Of a stretch of DNA of 64,000 nt, positions 7,886 to 17,732 are shown piece by piece. The notes under the pieces are model-generated. The model did no database searches. It was not told the origin of the DNA and saw only the letters and a program-made list of their open reading frames with translations. The DNA comes from an uncultured Bacteroidia bacterium. Its GTDB lineage: Bacteria; Bacteroidota; Bacteroidia; NS11-12g; UBA9320. The number at the start of each line of letters is the position of its first letter. The first letter of the stretch is position 1. The position numbers were made by a program, and so were the translations under genes. The stretch covers positions 56,398 to 120,397 of the forward strand of contig CALSTB010000005.1 of assembly GCA_943789165.1 (NCBI GenBank), written 5' to 3'.

Positions 7886-9328
7886 ATGTTTCAGCTCAAA
7901 AACTATATCAACGGTGAGTTAGTACCACCTGCTTCTATTCAGTATATCGACAATTTCGAACCAGCTACTGGTAAAATATATGCGCAAATTCCAAGATCGG
8001 ATAAGGCAGATATTGATAAAGCCGTCGCATCTGCCAAAGCAGCGTTTCCAGCTTGGAGTAAAATGCGCACTGAAGAGCGAAGTGCCATCATTATGAAGTT
8101 GTCAGATCTAATTGAGGAGAATTTAGATCGATTGGCAGAAGCGGAAAGTCGAGACAATGGCAAACCTCTGTGGTTGGCTAAATCTGTAGATATTCCTAGA
8201 GCTCGTGATAATTTTGGTTTTTTTGGAACAGCCATCAAACACTTTGCAAGTGAAAGTCATCGAACGGGTGAAGGCTTAATCAATTTTACAACAAGAACAC
8301 CCATCGGAGTGGCGGGTTGTGTTTCCCCATGGAATTTGCCCTTGTATTTGTTTAGTTGGAAGGTGGCTCCAGCATTGGCTGCAGGCAATACCGTCGTCGC
8401 CAAACCAAGTGAAGTGACACCTATGACGGCTTATTTGTTGTCGGAGTTGTGTATCGAAGCAGGTTTTCCAAAGGGCGTTTTTAACATCGTACATGGACTC
8501 GGCGCAGAAGCAGGTAACGCGATTGTCGAACATCCTGATGTGCCGATTATTTCCTTTACTGGAGGAACATCTACGGGTGCTCACATCGCACGAACAGCAG
8601 CACCGATGTTTAAGAAATTGAGCTTGGAACTGGGCGGAAAAAACCCAAACATCATTTTTGATGACTGCGATTTTGACAAAGCATTAAAAACGACATTGAA
8701 TTCATCATTTGCCAATCAAGGTCAAATCTGTTTGTGTGGATCGAGAATTTATATCCAACGAGGAATCTATGAAAAATTCCGTGATGCCTTTGTTGACAAA
8801 GTATCCAAGTTTAAAGTGGGCAACCCCATGGCTGATGATAGCCGTATGGGCGCCATCGTTTCTGAACAACACTTCGAAAAAGTAAAAAGCTATATCGCCC
8901 TAGCGAAAGAAGAAGGTGGGACGATTTTGACGGGTGGAGAGGCAGTTCAGCTGGATGGAGAATTTGCCGAGGGTTGGTACTTAAGACCTACTATTATTGA
9001 AGGACTGGATGAGAATTGTCGCACCAATCAAGAAGAGATCTTCGGACCTGTGGTGACGATCCAACCGTTTGATACGGAAGAAGAAGCCTTGGCTTTAGCG
9101 AACTCAACTGGCTATGGTTTGGCCTCAACTATTTGGACTCAGGACATATCAAAAGCACACCGAATGGCTGATACAATCAAAGCCGGCATCGTTTGGGTGA
9201 ATTGTTGGTTGGTCCGTGATTTGCGAACTCCATTTGGGGGCATGAAAAACTCTGGCGTCGGGCGTGAAGGCGGCTGGGAAGCATTGAAGTTTTTTACCGA
9301 AGCGAAGAATATTTGCATCAAGTATTAA
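7886..9328 (+). CDS. Aldehyde dehydrogenase, 2-aminomuconate/2-hydroxymuconate-semialdehyde dehydrogenase-like
   Basis: SPWNLPL, FTGGTSTG, LELGGKNP, catalytic GQICLCGSR, EEIFGPV, and WVNCWLVRDLRTPFGG typical of the ALDH8/HMSD subfamily. Confidence 0.88.
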   Translation: MFQLKNYINGELVPPASIQYIDNFEPATGKIYAQIPRSDKADIDKAVASAKAAFPAWSKMRTEERSAIIMKLSDLIEENLDRLAEAESRDNGKPLWLAKSVDIPRARDNFGFFGTAIKHFASESHRTGEGLINFTTRTPIGVAGCVSPWNLPLYLFSWKVAPALAAGNTVVAKPSEVTPMTAYLLSELCIEAGFPKGVFNIVHGLGAEAGNAIVEHPDVPIISFTGGTSTGAHIARTAAPMFKKLSLELGGKNPNIIFDDCDFDKALKTTLNSSFANQGQICLCGSRIYIQRGIYEKFRDAFVDKVSKFKVGNPMADDSRMGAIVSEQHFEKVKSYIALAKEEGGTILTGGEAVQLDGEFAEGWYLRPTIIEGLDENCRTNQEEIFGPVVTIQPFDTEEEALALANSTGYGLASTIWTQDISKAHRMADTIKAGIVWVNCWLVRDLRTPFGGMKNSGVGREGGWEALKFFTEAKNICIKY

Positions 9329-9334
9329 TAGTCG

Positions 9335-9451
9335 ATTGACATTTGACAACTGAGAGGCTGTGCAACCCTAAATAGTGTGGATCAGACATTTTCAATTATC
9401 AAATATCAATTATCAATTGTTCGTCGTTCATTGTAAATCGTACATTGTTAA
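9335..9451. repeat. Heptamer-periodic repeat with an imperfect 19-bp inverted repeat
   Basis: Nine in-phase 7-mers at 9389-9451 (TTTTCAA TTATCAA ATATCAA TTATCAA TTGTTCG TCGTTCA TTGTAAA TCGTACA TTGTTAA). Arm 9335-9353 is inverted to 9392-9410. Confidence 0.75.
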
Positions 9452-9478
9452 TTGCCCCACTCCCCTTAAATTCGCAAG

Positions 9479-10144
9479 ATGGAACACAACATGGCGTATA
9501 ATACGCAAGCAGAACCAATGGCAATCTCTGAATATGGCCGATCGGTTCAGGAAATGGTAGAACACATTTGCACAATTCCAGACAGAATAAAACGCAACGA
9601 ACTGGCTCGTACAATGATTCAGATTATGATTAACCTGAATCCCGCTGTCAAAGAGTTGGAAGATTACGAACATAAATTATGGGACCACTTATTCATCATT
9701 TCGGATTTCGAACTAGATGTGGACGGTCCGTTTGAAAAGCCAAGTAGAGAAGCAGTTGAGAAAAAACCTGAGCAGATTCCATATAAGGATGAGTTAATCA
9801 AGTTTAGATTTTACGGCAGAAACCTACAAACCATGGTGGAACAAGCAGCCGAAATGGAAGACCCAGAAATCAAAGAAGCGTTTATCAATTACATCGCTTC
9901 CTTTATGGTGAATTCATCGCGCAACTGGAATGACGAGAATCTTGACAAAGCAACTGTTATTGAGCACTTAAGAACCTTATCAAAAGGGACTTTGAACCTT
10001 ACTGAAGACGATTTGCAAATACACATTGAAGCAAACAGAACAAGGTCCAAAAACTTCAAATCAAACAGCAAACAACGCGGTAACAAGAAGTACGGTCAGA
10101 ACAGAAATCAAAACAGAAATAGAAACCAAAAGCGTAAGTATTAA
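9479..10144 (+). CDS. DUF4290 domain-containing protein
   Basis: EYGRSVQEMVEH...HKLWDHLFIISDF.LDVD.PF motifs and a basic N/R-rich tail. Stop overlaps the murA start, the usual Bacteroidota arrangement. Confidence 0.8.
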   Translation: MEHNMAYNTQAEPMAISEYGRSVQEMVEHICTIPDRIKRNELARTMIQIMINLNPAVKELEDYEHKLWDHLFIISDFELDVDGPFEKPSREAVEKKPEQIPYKDELIKFRFYGRNLQTMVEQAAEMEDPEIKEAFINYIASFMVNSSRNWNDENLDKATVIEHLRTLSKGTLNLTEDDLQIHIEANRTRSKNFKSNSKQRGNKKYGQNRNQNRNRNQKRKY

Positions 10145-11451
10145 TGGGTACGTTTAAAATTACCGGGGGACATAAACTAAAAGGGGAAATCATACCGCAA
10201 GGAGCAAAGAACGAGGCACTACAGGTGTTGTCGGCCGTTTTGCTGACTCCCGAAGAAGTTATTTTAGAAAACATACCAGCCATTCGCGATGTCAATAAAC
10301 TCATTGACTTGCTAAAGGGTCTTGGCGTAAAAGTGAAGCAACTTAATTCTGAAGATTATTCGTTTAAGGCGGATGAAATCGACCTAGACTACCTAGACTC
10401 AGTTGATTTCAGAAATAAAGCAAAAAGTATTCGCGGTTCGGTTATGATTATCGGTCCGTTATTGGCTCGTTTCGGCAAAGGATATATTCCTAGTCCGGGC
10501 GGCGATAAAATTGGCAGACGAAGATTGGATACCCACTTCATTGGGTTTGAAAGCTTAGGGGCCGATTTTGAATTTCTAAGAGACGAGAACTTCTACCAAA
10601 TAAAAGCGGAGAAATTAGTGGGTGCTGACATGCTTTTACATGAAGCCTCAGTGACAGGAACAGCCAATATTGTCATGGGCGCAACTATGGCAGAAGGCAT
10701 TACCACCATTTACAACGCAGCATGTGAACCTTATGTACAGCAGTTATGTAAAATGCTGAATGCAATGGGCGCCAAAATATCTGGCGTTGGCTCCAATCTC
10801 TTGACCATAGAAGGTGTTAAATCATTGGGTGGATGTACTCATCGATTACTTCCTGACATGATTGAGGTGGGCAGTTTTATTGCTTTAGCGACCATCACCA
10901 ATTCTGACATTACCATCAAAGACGTCAACATTAAAGAACTTGGAATTATCCCTGAAACCTTTAGACGTTTGGGTGTGAATTTCGATGTGGTAGGTGACGA
11001 TATACGGGTTCACGACAACGAAACCTATACGATTGAAAGCTTCATCGACGGTTCGATGATGACGATTGCTGACGCACCATGGCCAGGACTAACACCAGAT
11101 TTGCTGAGTGTTATTTTGGTAATGTGCACACAAGCAAACGGCAATGTATTGATACATCAAAAGATGTTTGAAAGTCGGTTGTTTTTTGTCGATAGTTTGA
11201 TAGACATGGGCGCGCAAATCATCCTATGTGATCCACACCGAGCAACGGTTATGGGACTAAATCGTAGAGTGAATTTAAAAGGCATACAGATGACATCGCC
11301 TGATATTCGAGCAGGTGTGTCTTTGTTGATTGCTGCCATGAGTGCCGAAGGAGTGAGTACGATTCACAACATCGAACAGATCGACCGAGGGTATCAAAAC
11401 ATCGAAGGTCGTTTGAACGCCATTGGAGCGAAGATTGAACGCGTTGCCTAA
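10144..11451 (+). CDS. murA: UDP-N-acetylglucosamine 1-carboxyvinyltransferase
   Basis: GAKNEAL, PGGDKIGRRRLDTH (Asp-type active-site loop), SVTGTAN, DIRAG and IDRGY motifs. Confidence 0.96.
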   Translation: MGTFKITGGHKLKGEIIPQGAKNEALQVLSAVLLTPEEVILENIPAIRDVNKLIDLLKGLGVKVKQLNSEDYSFKADEIDLDYLDSVDFRNKAKSIRGSVMIIGPLLARFGKGYIPSPGGDKIGRRRLDTHFIGFESLGADFEFLRDENFYQIKAEKLVGADMLLHEASVTGTANIVMGATMAEGITTIYNAACEPYVQQLCKMLNAMGAKISGVGSNLLTIEGVKSLGGCTHRLLPDMIEVGSFIALATITNSDITIKDVNIKELGIIPETFRRLGVNFDVVGDDIRVHDNETYTIESFIDGSMMTIADAPWPGLTPDLLSVILVMCTQANGNVLIHQKMFESRLFFVDSLIDMGAQIILCDPHRATVMGLNRRVNLKGIQMTSPDIRAGVSLLIAAMSAEGVSTIHNIEQIDRGYQNIEGRLNAIGAKIERVA

Positions 11452-11918
11452 TGCGTTTTTGGTTTGTTTTATTGTTAGCCGTATCGACGGTTAGTCTTGC
11501 ACCCAAAACAGACAACGATCCATTTGACTATAGCAGTTTTAAAGCGTATTACGAATTGAATGATTCTGTTCAATCTAACCTGAAAGGGAAAACGGTTTTA
11601 ATTCAATTTTGGGCTACTTGGTGTCTGCCATGTCGGGTTAAAAACGGTGAATTAAACCAAACCTATTCAGAATTCGGCAACGACCATTTCGAAATCATCA
11701 GCGTGGCCTTAGATACCGATTCAGCTGCTTGGAAAAAAGCAATCAAAAACGACAGAATTCAGTGGTCTACTCACGTAATGGACACCAATAAGTGGAACAG
11801 TCCTTTTTTGAAAAAAGCCAAAATTTATTATTTGCCCAACAACATTTTAGTGGATAGTACTGGCACAGTGATTGGACGAGAATTGTCTATCGACGATCTT
11901 GAAAAAGCCCTTAAATAG
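11451..11918 (+). CDS. TlpA-family thioredoxin-like disulfide reductase
   Basis: Signal peptide and FWATWCLPC. Confidence 0.85.
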   Translation: MRFWFVLLLAVSTVSLAPKTDNDPFDYSSFKAYYELNDSVQSNLKGKTVLIQFWATWCLPCRVKNGELNQTYSEFGNDHFEIISVALDTDSAAWKKAIKNDRIQWSTHVMDTNKWNSPFLKKAKIYYLPNNILVDSTGTVIGRELSIDDLEKALK

Positions 11919-12483
11919 ATTGCTTAAAATCCGACTTTAACACAGAGTAAACAGCCATGTCCATAAACTTCCCTTTAAAATAAATACGGTCTTTAAAGTG
12001 GGCTTCTTTTGTAAATCCCATACATTCAAGCAGGTGGATGGCGCCTCTATTCTCAGGAGAAAGCTTGGCTTCAATACTGTGTAGCTCTAATTGTTCAAAA
12101 CCAAATTGGACGATGGTTTGAGCAGCTTCTAGGGCGATGTGTTTGCCCCAATACGAAGTGGCAAGTTCTCCGCCTAGTTCAGCTCTTAGGTTTGGATAAT
12201 CAATTTGGTTAAATCCACAAGATCCAATGATGGTATTGTGTTCGCGCAGCAAACCAGCCCAACCAATGCCTTTTTTAGCAGCAAACGTGTCATTGGTCTT
12301 TTGAACCAAAGTTTCCGCGTCACTAGCCGATAACATGGAATCTCGTGCAATAAATTGGTTGACTGCTTGGTTTGATCGCATGGCAAAAATCGCCTCTGCA
12401 TCGCCAGGTAATATGTTTCTTAACGTTAAGCGTTTCGTTTTTAGAATCGGAAACGAGTTGAAGACTGAATCGTTGACTTTCAT
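11911..12483 (-). CDS. GNAT (RimJ/RimL-like) N-acetyltransferase
   Basis: FPILKTKRLTLR, YWGKHIALEA, EN.GAI.LLE..GF..E motifs. Start at MKVNDSVF is preferred over 12552. Confidence 0.85.
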   Translation of the reverse strand: MKVNDSVFNSFPILKTKRLTLRNILPGDAEAIFAMRSNQAVNQFIARDSMLSASDAETLVQKTNDTFAAKKGIGWAGLLREHNTIIGSCGFNQIDYPNLRAELGGELATSYWGKHIALEAAQTIVQFGFEQLELHSIEAKLSPENRGAIHLLECMGFTKEAHFKDRIYFKGKFMDMAVYSVLKSDFKQSI

Positions 12484-12663
12484 GACAGCAAGATATTGTG
12501 CGAAAGTTAAGGCAATTAACTGACAGGCGACCACTAGAAACGCGTAAAACATGTTGAATTAAGGTGTCAATATGGCACGGTTCTTCTAATTCCTTTAAAC
12601 ATTGGCACGCTGGCCCGCTTGGCAAACTTATTGTAACCTGAAGTTTGATTAATCATTTTTGAA

Positions 12664-13203
12664 ATGGCTAAGAAAAAAAAGGAAGAAAAAGCAAAGGAAG
12701 AAGCAGTTGTTGACCAAGTTGACGGTCAGGCAGAAGAAACAAACGAGGAGCAGTCGAAGCCAGTAAACTGGGAAGAAAAAGCAGCGGAGTTAAACGACAA
12801 ATACCTACGGTTATATTCAGAGTTCGACAATTTCAGAAGACGTACCCAAAAGGAGCGCGCTGAATTAATTAAGTCGGCGGGGAAAGACATCTTATCAGAC
12901 TTGTTGCCAGTGGTGGACGATTTTGACAGGACTATGGATGCCATGGACAAGACGGAAGACGTAAAGGCGTTTACAGAAGGCGTTAAACTGGTTCAACAAA
13001 AATTCTTAAACGTGTTGCAAAAGCAAGGCATGGCTCATTTCGAAACGAAGGGAGAAGCCTTTGATCCAGAATTGCACGAAGCAATAACGAAGATACCTGC
13101 ACCAAGCGACGACTTGAAGGGCAAAGTGGTTGACGTGATTGAAAAGGGCTATATGCTCAACGAAAAAGTACTTCGCTACGCAAAAGTGGTGGTAGGAGAA
13201 TAA
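12664..13203 (+). CDS. grpE: Nucleotide exchange factor GrpE
   Basis: [49 protein letters not shown]. Confidence 0.97.
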   Translation: MAKKKKEEKAKEEAVVDQVDGQAEETNEEQSKPVNWEEKAAELNDKYLRLYSEFDNFRRRTQKERAELIKSAGKDILSDLLPVVDDFDRTMDAMDKTEDVKAFTEGVKLVQQKFLNVLQKQGMAHFETKGEAFDPELHEAITKIPAPSDDLKGKVVDVIEKGYMLNEKVLRYAKVVVGE

Positions 13204-13207
13204 GAAC

Positions 13208-14341
13208 ATGGCAAAAAGAGACTTTTACGAAATTCTAGGTGTATCTAAATCGGCAACAGACGCTGAGTTAAAAAAGGCGTATCGCAAGTTGGCGATTAAG
13301 TTTCACCCTGACAAAAATCCAGACAACAAGGAAGCTGAAGAGAAGTTTAAAGAAGCTGCTGAAGCCTACGAAATCTTAAGCAATCCAGACAAGCGAGCAA
13401 GATATGACCGTTTTGGTCATCAAGGTCTTGGAGGCGCTGCTGGCGGTCAAGGTGGATTTGGCGGTGGTATGTCAATGGACGACATTTTTAGCCAATTCGG
13501 CGACATCTTTGGTGGCGGCGGAGGAGGTGGAAGTCCTTTTGAAAGTTTCTTTGGCGGAGGTCGGAGTAGAAGTCGTCAAGCCATTGGCAGCAACATTCGT
13601 ATCAAACTTAAACTGAGTTTAGAAGAGATAACGAATGGCGTTGAAAAGAAAATAAAACATACCAAGAAGGTTGTAGCGCCAGGGGTAAAGTTCAATACCT
13701 GTAGCACGTGTCAAGGTCGCGGTCAGGTGACCCAAGTGACCAATACCTTTTTAGGTCAAATGCAAAGCACCACATCGTGTCCGGCTTGTGGCGGTAGTGG
13801 TAAAACCATCGGTACGCGCCCTCCAGGTGCAGACCACCAAGGATTGATTACCGAAGAAGTAACTACGACGTTAAACATCCCAGCGGGTGTTGAAGACGGT
13901 ATGCAGTTGTCGGTAAACGGAAAAGGAAACGAGATACCAGGTGGCATTCCAGGTGATTTAATCGTTTTAGTTGAAGAAAAAGACCACGACGATTTAAAGC
14001 GTGAAGGAAATAACATTATTTACAACCTATATATCAGTTTTCCAACTGCCGCGTTAGGCGCAGAAGTAGAAGTGCCAACTGTTTCAGGCCGTGTAAGAAT
14101 TAAAATTGAACCTGGCACACAAGCTGGGAAGATATTGAGGTTGCGAAATAAAGGAGTGCCTGATTTAAATGGTAGAGGTAGGGGAGATCAGTTGATCCAA
14201 ATCAACGTGTGGACACCTGCAAAACTAACATCTGAAGAAAAAGCAATTCTAAAGAAACTAGAAGAATCTGGGAACTTTAAACCTGATCCGTCGAAAAGCG
14301 AAAAAGGCTTTTTTGATAGAATGAGAGAATACTTCAATTAA
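13208..14341 (+). CDS. dnaJ: Chaperone DnaJ
   Basis: J domain with HPD, G/F-rich region, two CxxCxGxG motifs and C-terminal domain. Follows grpE. Confidence 0.96.
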   Translation: MAKRDFYEILGVSKSATDAELKKAYRKLAIKFHPDKNPDNKEAEEKFKEAAEAYEILSNPDKRARYDRFGHQGLGGAAGGQGGFGGGMSMDDIFSQFGDIFGGGGGGGSPFESFFGGGRSRSRQAIGSNIRIKLKLSLEEITNGVEKKIKHTKKVVAPGVKFNTCSTCQGRGQVTQVTNTFLGQMQSTTSCPACGGSGKTIGTRPPGADHQGLITEEVTTTLNIPAGVEDGMQLSVNGKGNEIPGGIPGDLIVLVEEKDHDDLKREGNNIIYNLYISFPTAALGAEVEVPTVSGRVRIKIEPGTQAGKILRLRNKGVPDLNGRGRGDQLIQINVWTPAKLTSEEKAILKKLEESGNFKPDPSKSEKGFFDRMREYFN

Positions 14342-14343
14342 TC

Positions 14344-14892
14344 ATGTCGTTTATCCGAAAACACTGGTCGAACCTACTGTTTGCTGTGTTGGTCTTGTTA
14401 TTGATAGTCCCACAAACGGGTAAACCGATTAAAATATATCTACACCAATTACTTGCGTTTAGTCCATCCATTAAGGAGGAAAGTAAACGGACCAAGATTG
14501 AGTCTTACGACTGGGTGCTTGTCGATTCGCACGGACAAAAAATTGATTTCAATTCTTTTAAAGGCAAAAAGATTGTGGTTAATTTTTGGGCGACTTGGTG
14601 TCCACCTTGCATTGCCGAAATGTCAAGCTTTCAACAATTGTATGATGAGTTTAATGAAGACGTCGTGTTTTTGTTTGTCACCAACGACGATGAAGAAACG
14701 GTGAAACATTTCCTCACTCAAAGAAAATTACACCTACCTGTGTATCACGAAGTAACAAGTCCATTTCCAGAGTTTGAAGGGAACAATTTACCAACTACTT
14801 TTATCGTGAACGAAAATCAAGAAATCGTAGTAAAGAAAAAAGGTTCTGCGGATTGGTATTCTGAAGAGGTTAGGGATTTGTTGCGGGAATAG
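14344..14892 (+). CDS. TlpA/ResA-family thioredoxin-like protein
   Basis: N-terminal transmembrane segment, VNFWATWCPPCIAEM and LPTTF. Confidence 0.88.
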   Translation: MSFIRKHWSNLLFAVLVLLLIVPQTGKPIKIYLHQLLAFSPSIKEESKRTKIESYDWVLVDSHGQKIDFNSFKGKKIVVNFWATWCPPCIAEMSSFQQLYDEFNEDVVFLFVTNDDEETVKHFLTQRKLHLPVYHEVTSPFPEFEGNNLPTTFIVNENQEIVVKKKGSADWYSEEVRDLLRE

Positions 14893-14907
14893 TAGACTCA
14901 AAGTTAT

Positions 14908-15513
14908 TTAGTTCTTCATCCAGCCAGCAATGCTGCTTCGATCTCTAGTGGGAGACGCATTGACTTCATGCGACATTTCATCGCTTCTGAAAAACACCAT
15001 ACGCCCACCAATTGGAGTTATGTGAACGACTTCTTGGTCTCTTGGGTGTAGTGACAAAGCTCCTCCGTCTTCACTTTTCCAGTCATCGTTGAGGTATAAA
15101 ACGATTGAAAATTTGCGACCTTGTTCGGATTTGAATTGGTCAACATGACGTTTATACATAGAGCCCTTTTCATAAGAGGCGTAGTGACTTTCAAAACTTG
15201 CAATCGAGGTATAGCATGTTTTGTTTAAATGGCTGATAAACTTAGAGACCTTAGCCAAATACAGCATTTCAAATGGATCCTGACTTATGGCTTCAATCCA
15301 ATTAATTTTATCGCCTCGAATGTGTGAGTTAAACTGAAACTTTGATTGATTTCCAATGCCCGATTCTTTCAACTTGCCGGCCTCAGATAATCGATGAAGA
15401 TTGTTACGTAAACCAACAACAGTTTCTGGTGATAAGAAATCGTTGCAGCAACCAAAAGCATTGTCAATTAGACCTTGAATCAGTTCTTCAAATTGAATCG
15501 CCTCAGAATCCAT
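14908..15513 (-). CDS. 2OG-Fe(II) oxygenase (prolyl-hydroxylase-like)
   Basis: IRGDKINWI, YKRHVD, VLYLNDDW...GG.L, HEV and R.SIAGW motifs. Start uncertain (15513 or 15555). Confidence 0.85.
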   Translation of the reverse strand: MDSEAIQFEELIQGLIDNAFGCCNDFLSPETVVGLRNNLHRLSEAGKLKESGIGNQSKFQFNSHIRGDKINWIEAISQDPFEMLYLAKVSKFISHLNKTCYTSIASFESHYASYEKGSMYKRHVDQFKSEQGRKFSIVLYLNDDWKSEDGGALSLHPRDQEVVHITPIGGRMVFFRSDEMSHEVNASPTRDRSSIAGWMKN

Positions 15514-15655
15514 AAATACAACTTTAATTGTTTTCCTAACTGAATGGATATCCAATGAGGAGGTAGTAAAGAAAGGTATTTATTTGATCATTTTACAAGA
15601 AAATAATTGCGTAAAAATTGAGGTGCATTTTGTGTAGAAAATGATTGCGGAATCA

Positions 15656-16666
15656 CTACTTTACAATCCTAAACCCAAAGTGGTTGTTGCCTCGGTTTTC
15701 GAAGTCCGATGCCCGCGCATATGTCAAAAGTGTGGCAGAATGGTAATTCCATGAACCACCTCGACGCACACGTTTGGCCTCTGACCCTGCATTAGAATTC
15801 ATAGGGTTTGTTACGCCGTCTTTATAAAAAGAGGCGCTATAATAATCTTGACACCATTCCCACACATTGCCACCCATGTCGTATAATTTGTAAGGGTTTG
15901 GAGGGTAATACCCTGTGACAACCGAATGCCCGTCTGGATCATAAACACCTGGAGTATCGCCGTTGTAGTTGGCCTTGGCTGAGGACAATGTCCCGTCATC
16001 GGTTGGGTATTGAAGTTGTTGTCCGCCGCGTGCTGCATATTCCCATTGCGCTTCGGTTGGTAAGCTTACATTGTAATATTGAGCGAAAGCATTTGCGCCA
16101 AACCATTTGACCCAATTAACTGGCCAGTCTACATTCTTACTATTTAGGACCTCAAAGGTATTGTTGGTCGTGTTAAAAGTGATCCAACTTTTGTTATTGA
16201 TGTGTTCTGGCTCACCGCCACTGGTGCAACCGCCTGTTTCACCAAGTTGAACATATATTTCACCCGCATTTGGTGCACTGCCTTTTCCTTTAACTACTTT
16301 TTCGGTACTTGAACCGCATGGGTCGGCTACTTTTTCGTCAACCACTTCAATCCATCCGTCAGCATAAGCAGCATTCAAAAAATCGACATATTGTTGGTTG
16401 GTAATTTCCTTTTCCGACATAGTAAATGCCGAAAGTGTAACGCTCACTTCTGGCGCGTCATTGGCCATTGTGGTTCCACCCATGGTAAACGTTCCTGCAG
16501 GTATGTCGACCATTTTTATACTCGATGGGAGGTCGTTGTTTTGGGTGTTTGGGTTGTCAGAGATTGGCTCCTCTTTGTCGCCGCATGAAGAACAGAGCAA
16601 CGCGGTACATATTACAAAAGCCAATTGTAAAAGAGTTTTTGGGGAATAGTATCTATTGACAGTCAT
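15656..16666 (-). CDS. Formylglycine-generating-enzyme (FGE-sulfatase) family lipoprotein
   Basis: Lipobox-like LLCSSC, IPAGTFTMG, LPTEAQWEYAARGG, DMGGNVWEWC, RGGSW and GFR. Start 16666 or 16687. Confidence 0.88.
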   Translation of the reverse strand: MTVNRYYSPKTLLQLAFVICTALLCSSCGDKEEPISDNPNTQNNDLPSSIKMVDIPAGTFTMGGTTMANDAPEVSVTLSAFTMSEKEITNQQYVDFLNAAYADGWIEVVDEKVADPCGSSTEKVVKGKGSAPNAGEIYVQLGETGGCTSGGEPEHINNKSWITFNTTNNTFEVLNSKNVDWPVNWVKWFGANAFAQYYNVSLPTEAQWEYAARGGQQLQYPTDDGTLSSAKANYNGDTPGVYDPDGHSVVTGYYPPNPYKLYDMGGNVWEWCQDYYSASFYKDGVTNPMNSNAGSEAKRVRRGGSWNYHSATLLTYARASDFENRGNNHFGFRIVK

Positions 16667-16754
16667 TAAACGATTCTTTGCTTGCAAATTACAGAAAACA
16701 TGGGAACCACTTATTTAATATTGGTAACACTGCGTGAAAAATGCTGGTTGACGC

Positions 16755-17732
16755 TTAAAACAACAACTTCATCAACACGACAATCACCACTAATGCAATC
16801 GCAAAGATGATTCCGCCGAAGATGAGGCCTTTTTTACCCGCCGTTAAAAGGGATCGTAATCCAACCTTTAAACCAATGGCCGCCATAGCCATCGCCAACA
16901 AAAAATTACTGGTGTGCTTAACAGAGGTTAGAAAGGTGGAAGGTAGAGCAACAAAGGAAAAAACGATGGAGATGAGAATGAATGCCACCAAGTACCAAGG
17001 TAGCTTGGCGCGCTTTTTAACACCGTTTTCAACTTCTTTAAAACTAGCTCCAAAGATGAGGAGGGCAGGAGTGAGTAAGGCAACGCGACCTAGTTTAATT
17101 GTCACAGCCATTTCTCCAATGGTGTCGCTCATGGCAAATCCTGCGCCTGCCACATTGCCTACAGCATGAAGTGATGCACCAATTAGGATGCTGTTTTCTA
17201 CATCTGTCAACAGTTCTGCAGTCAAGAAGGGAATGGCAATCATGCCAATCAAACCATATAGGTTGACAACAGCCAATGCCAAACCAATGTCGGCCTTGTC
17301 TTTTACCACCTTAGGTGCGAGTGCAGCAATTGCCGCCGAACCACAGATGGCAGTTCCAAATCCGATAAGCCAGCCTGTGCTTCCCGGACAGTTTAATTTT
17401 TTTGCTAATGATTTGGTCAGGACTAAAACCACAATCATAGTTACGGCAACCAATACGACTGATTGCCACCCAAGTTTGGCCAAGCTTCCGTAATTAATGC
17501 CAAAAGCCATTAACGCAATGGATATTTCCAAAACGCGACCACTACTAAATTTAATACCAAGTGTCGAGGATTCTGGTAACTTGATAATATTACCAACTGC
17601 TACGCCGATTATAAGCGCCATTAAAACCGAATTGAATCCAATCAAATCGGAAAGATAGTACGCCAGTAGGGTGATTAATAAAACAATCGCCGTACCTAAA
17701 AAGCGAGAACTTATTTGGGAAATAAGTCGCAC
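16755..17732 (-). CDS. YeiH family (putative sulfate exporter) membrane protein
   Basis: About 10 hydrophobic segments, GTAICGSAAIAA, K.GRV.LL and MAMAAIGL motifs. Confidence 0.85.
   Translation of the reverse strand: MRLISQISSRFLGTAIVLLITLLAYYLSDLIGFNSVLMALIIGVAVGNIIKLPESSTLGIKFSSGRVLEISIALMAFGINYGSLAKLGWQSVVLVAVTMIVVLVLTKSLAKKLNCPGSTGWLIGFGTAICGSAAIAALAPKVVKDKADIGLALAVVNLYGLIGMIAIPFLTAELLTDVENSILIGASLHAVGNVAGAGFAMSDTIGEMAVTIKLGRVALLTPALLIFGASFKEVENGVKKRAKLPWYLVAFILISIVFSFVALPSTFLTSVKHTSNFLLAMAMAAIGLKVGLRSLLTAGKKGLIFGGIIFAIALVVIVVLMKLLF

Noticed and set aside
9375..9673. Short ORFs over the heptamer tract, and other antisense or nested ORFs across the window
   Set aside because: They are shadows of well-supported genes or products of low-complexity repeats, with no motifs.
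15656..16666. Diversity-generating retroelement (FGE/CLec-fold target plus Avd-like gene at 27470)
   Set aside because: No reverse transcriptase and no template-repeat copy of the FGE 3' end were seen in the window, and the Avd-like gene is 11 kb away.
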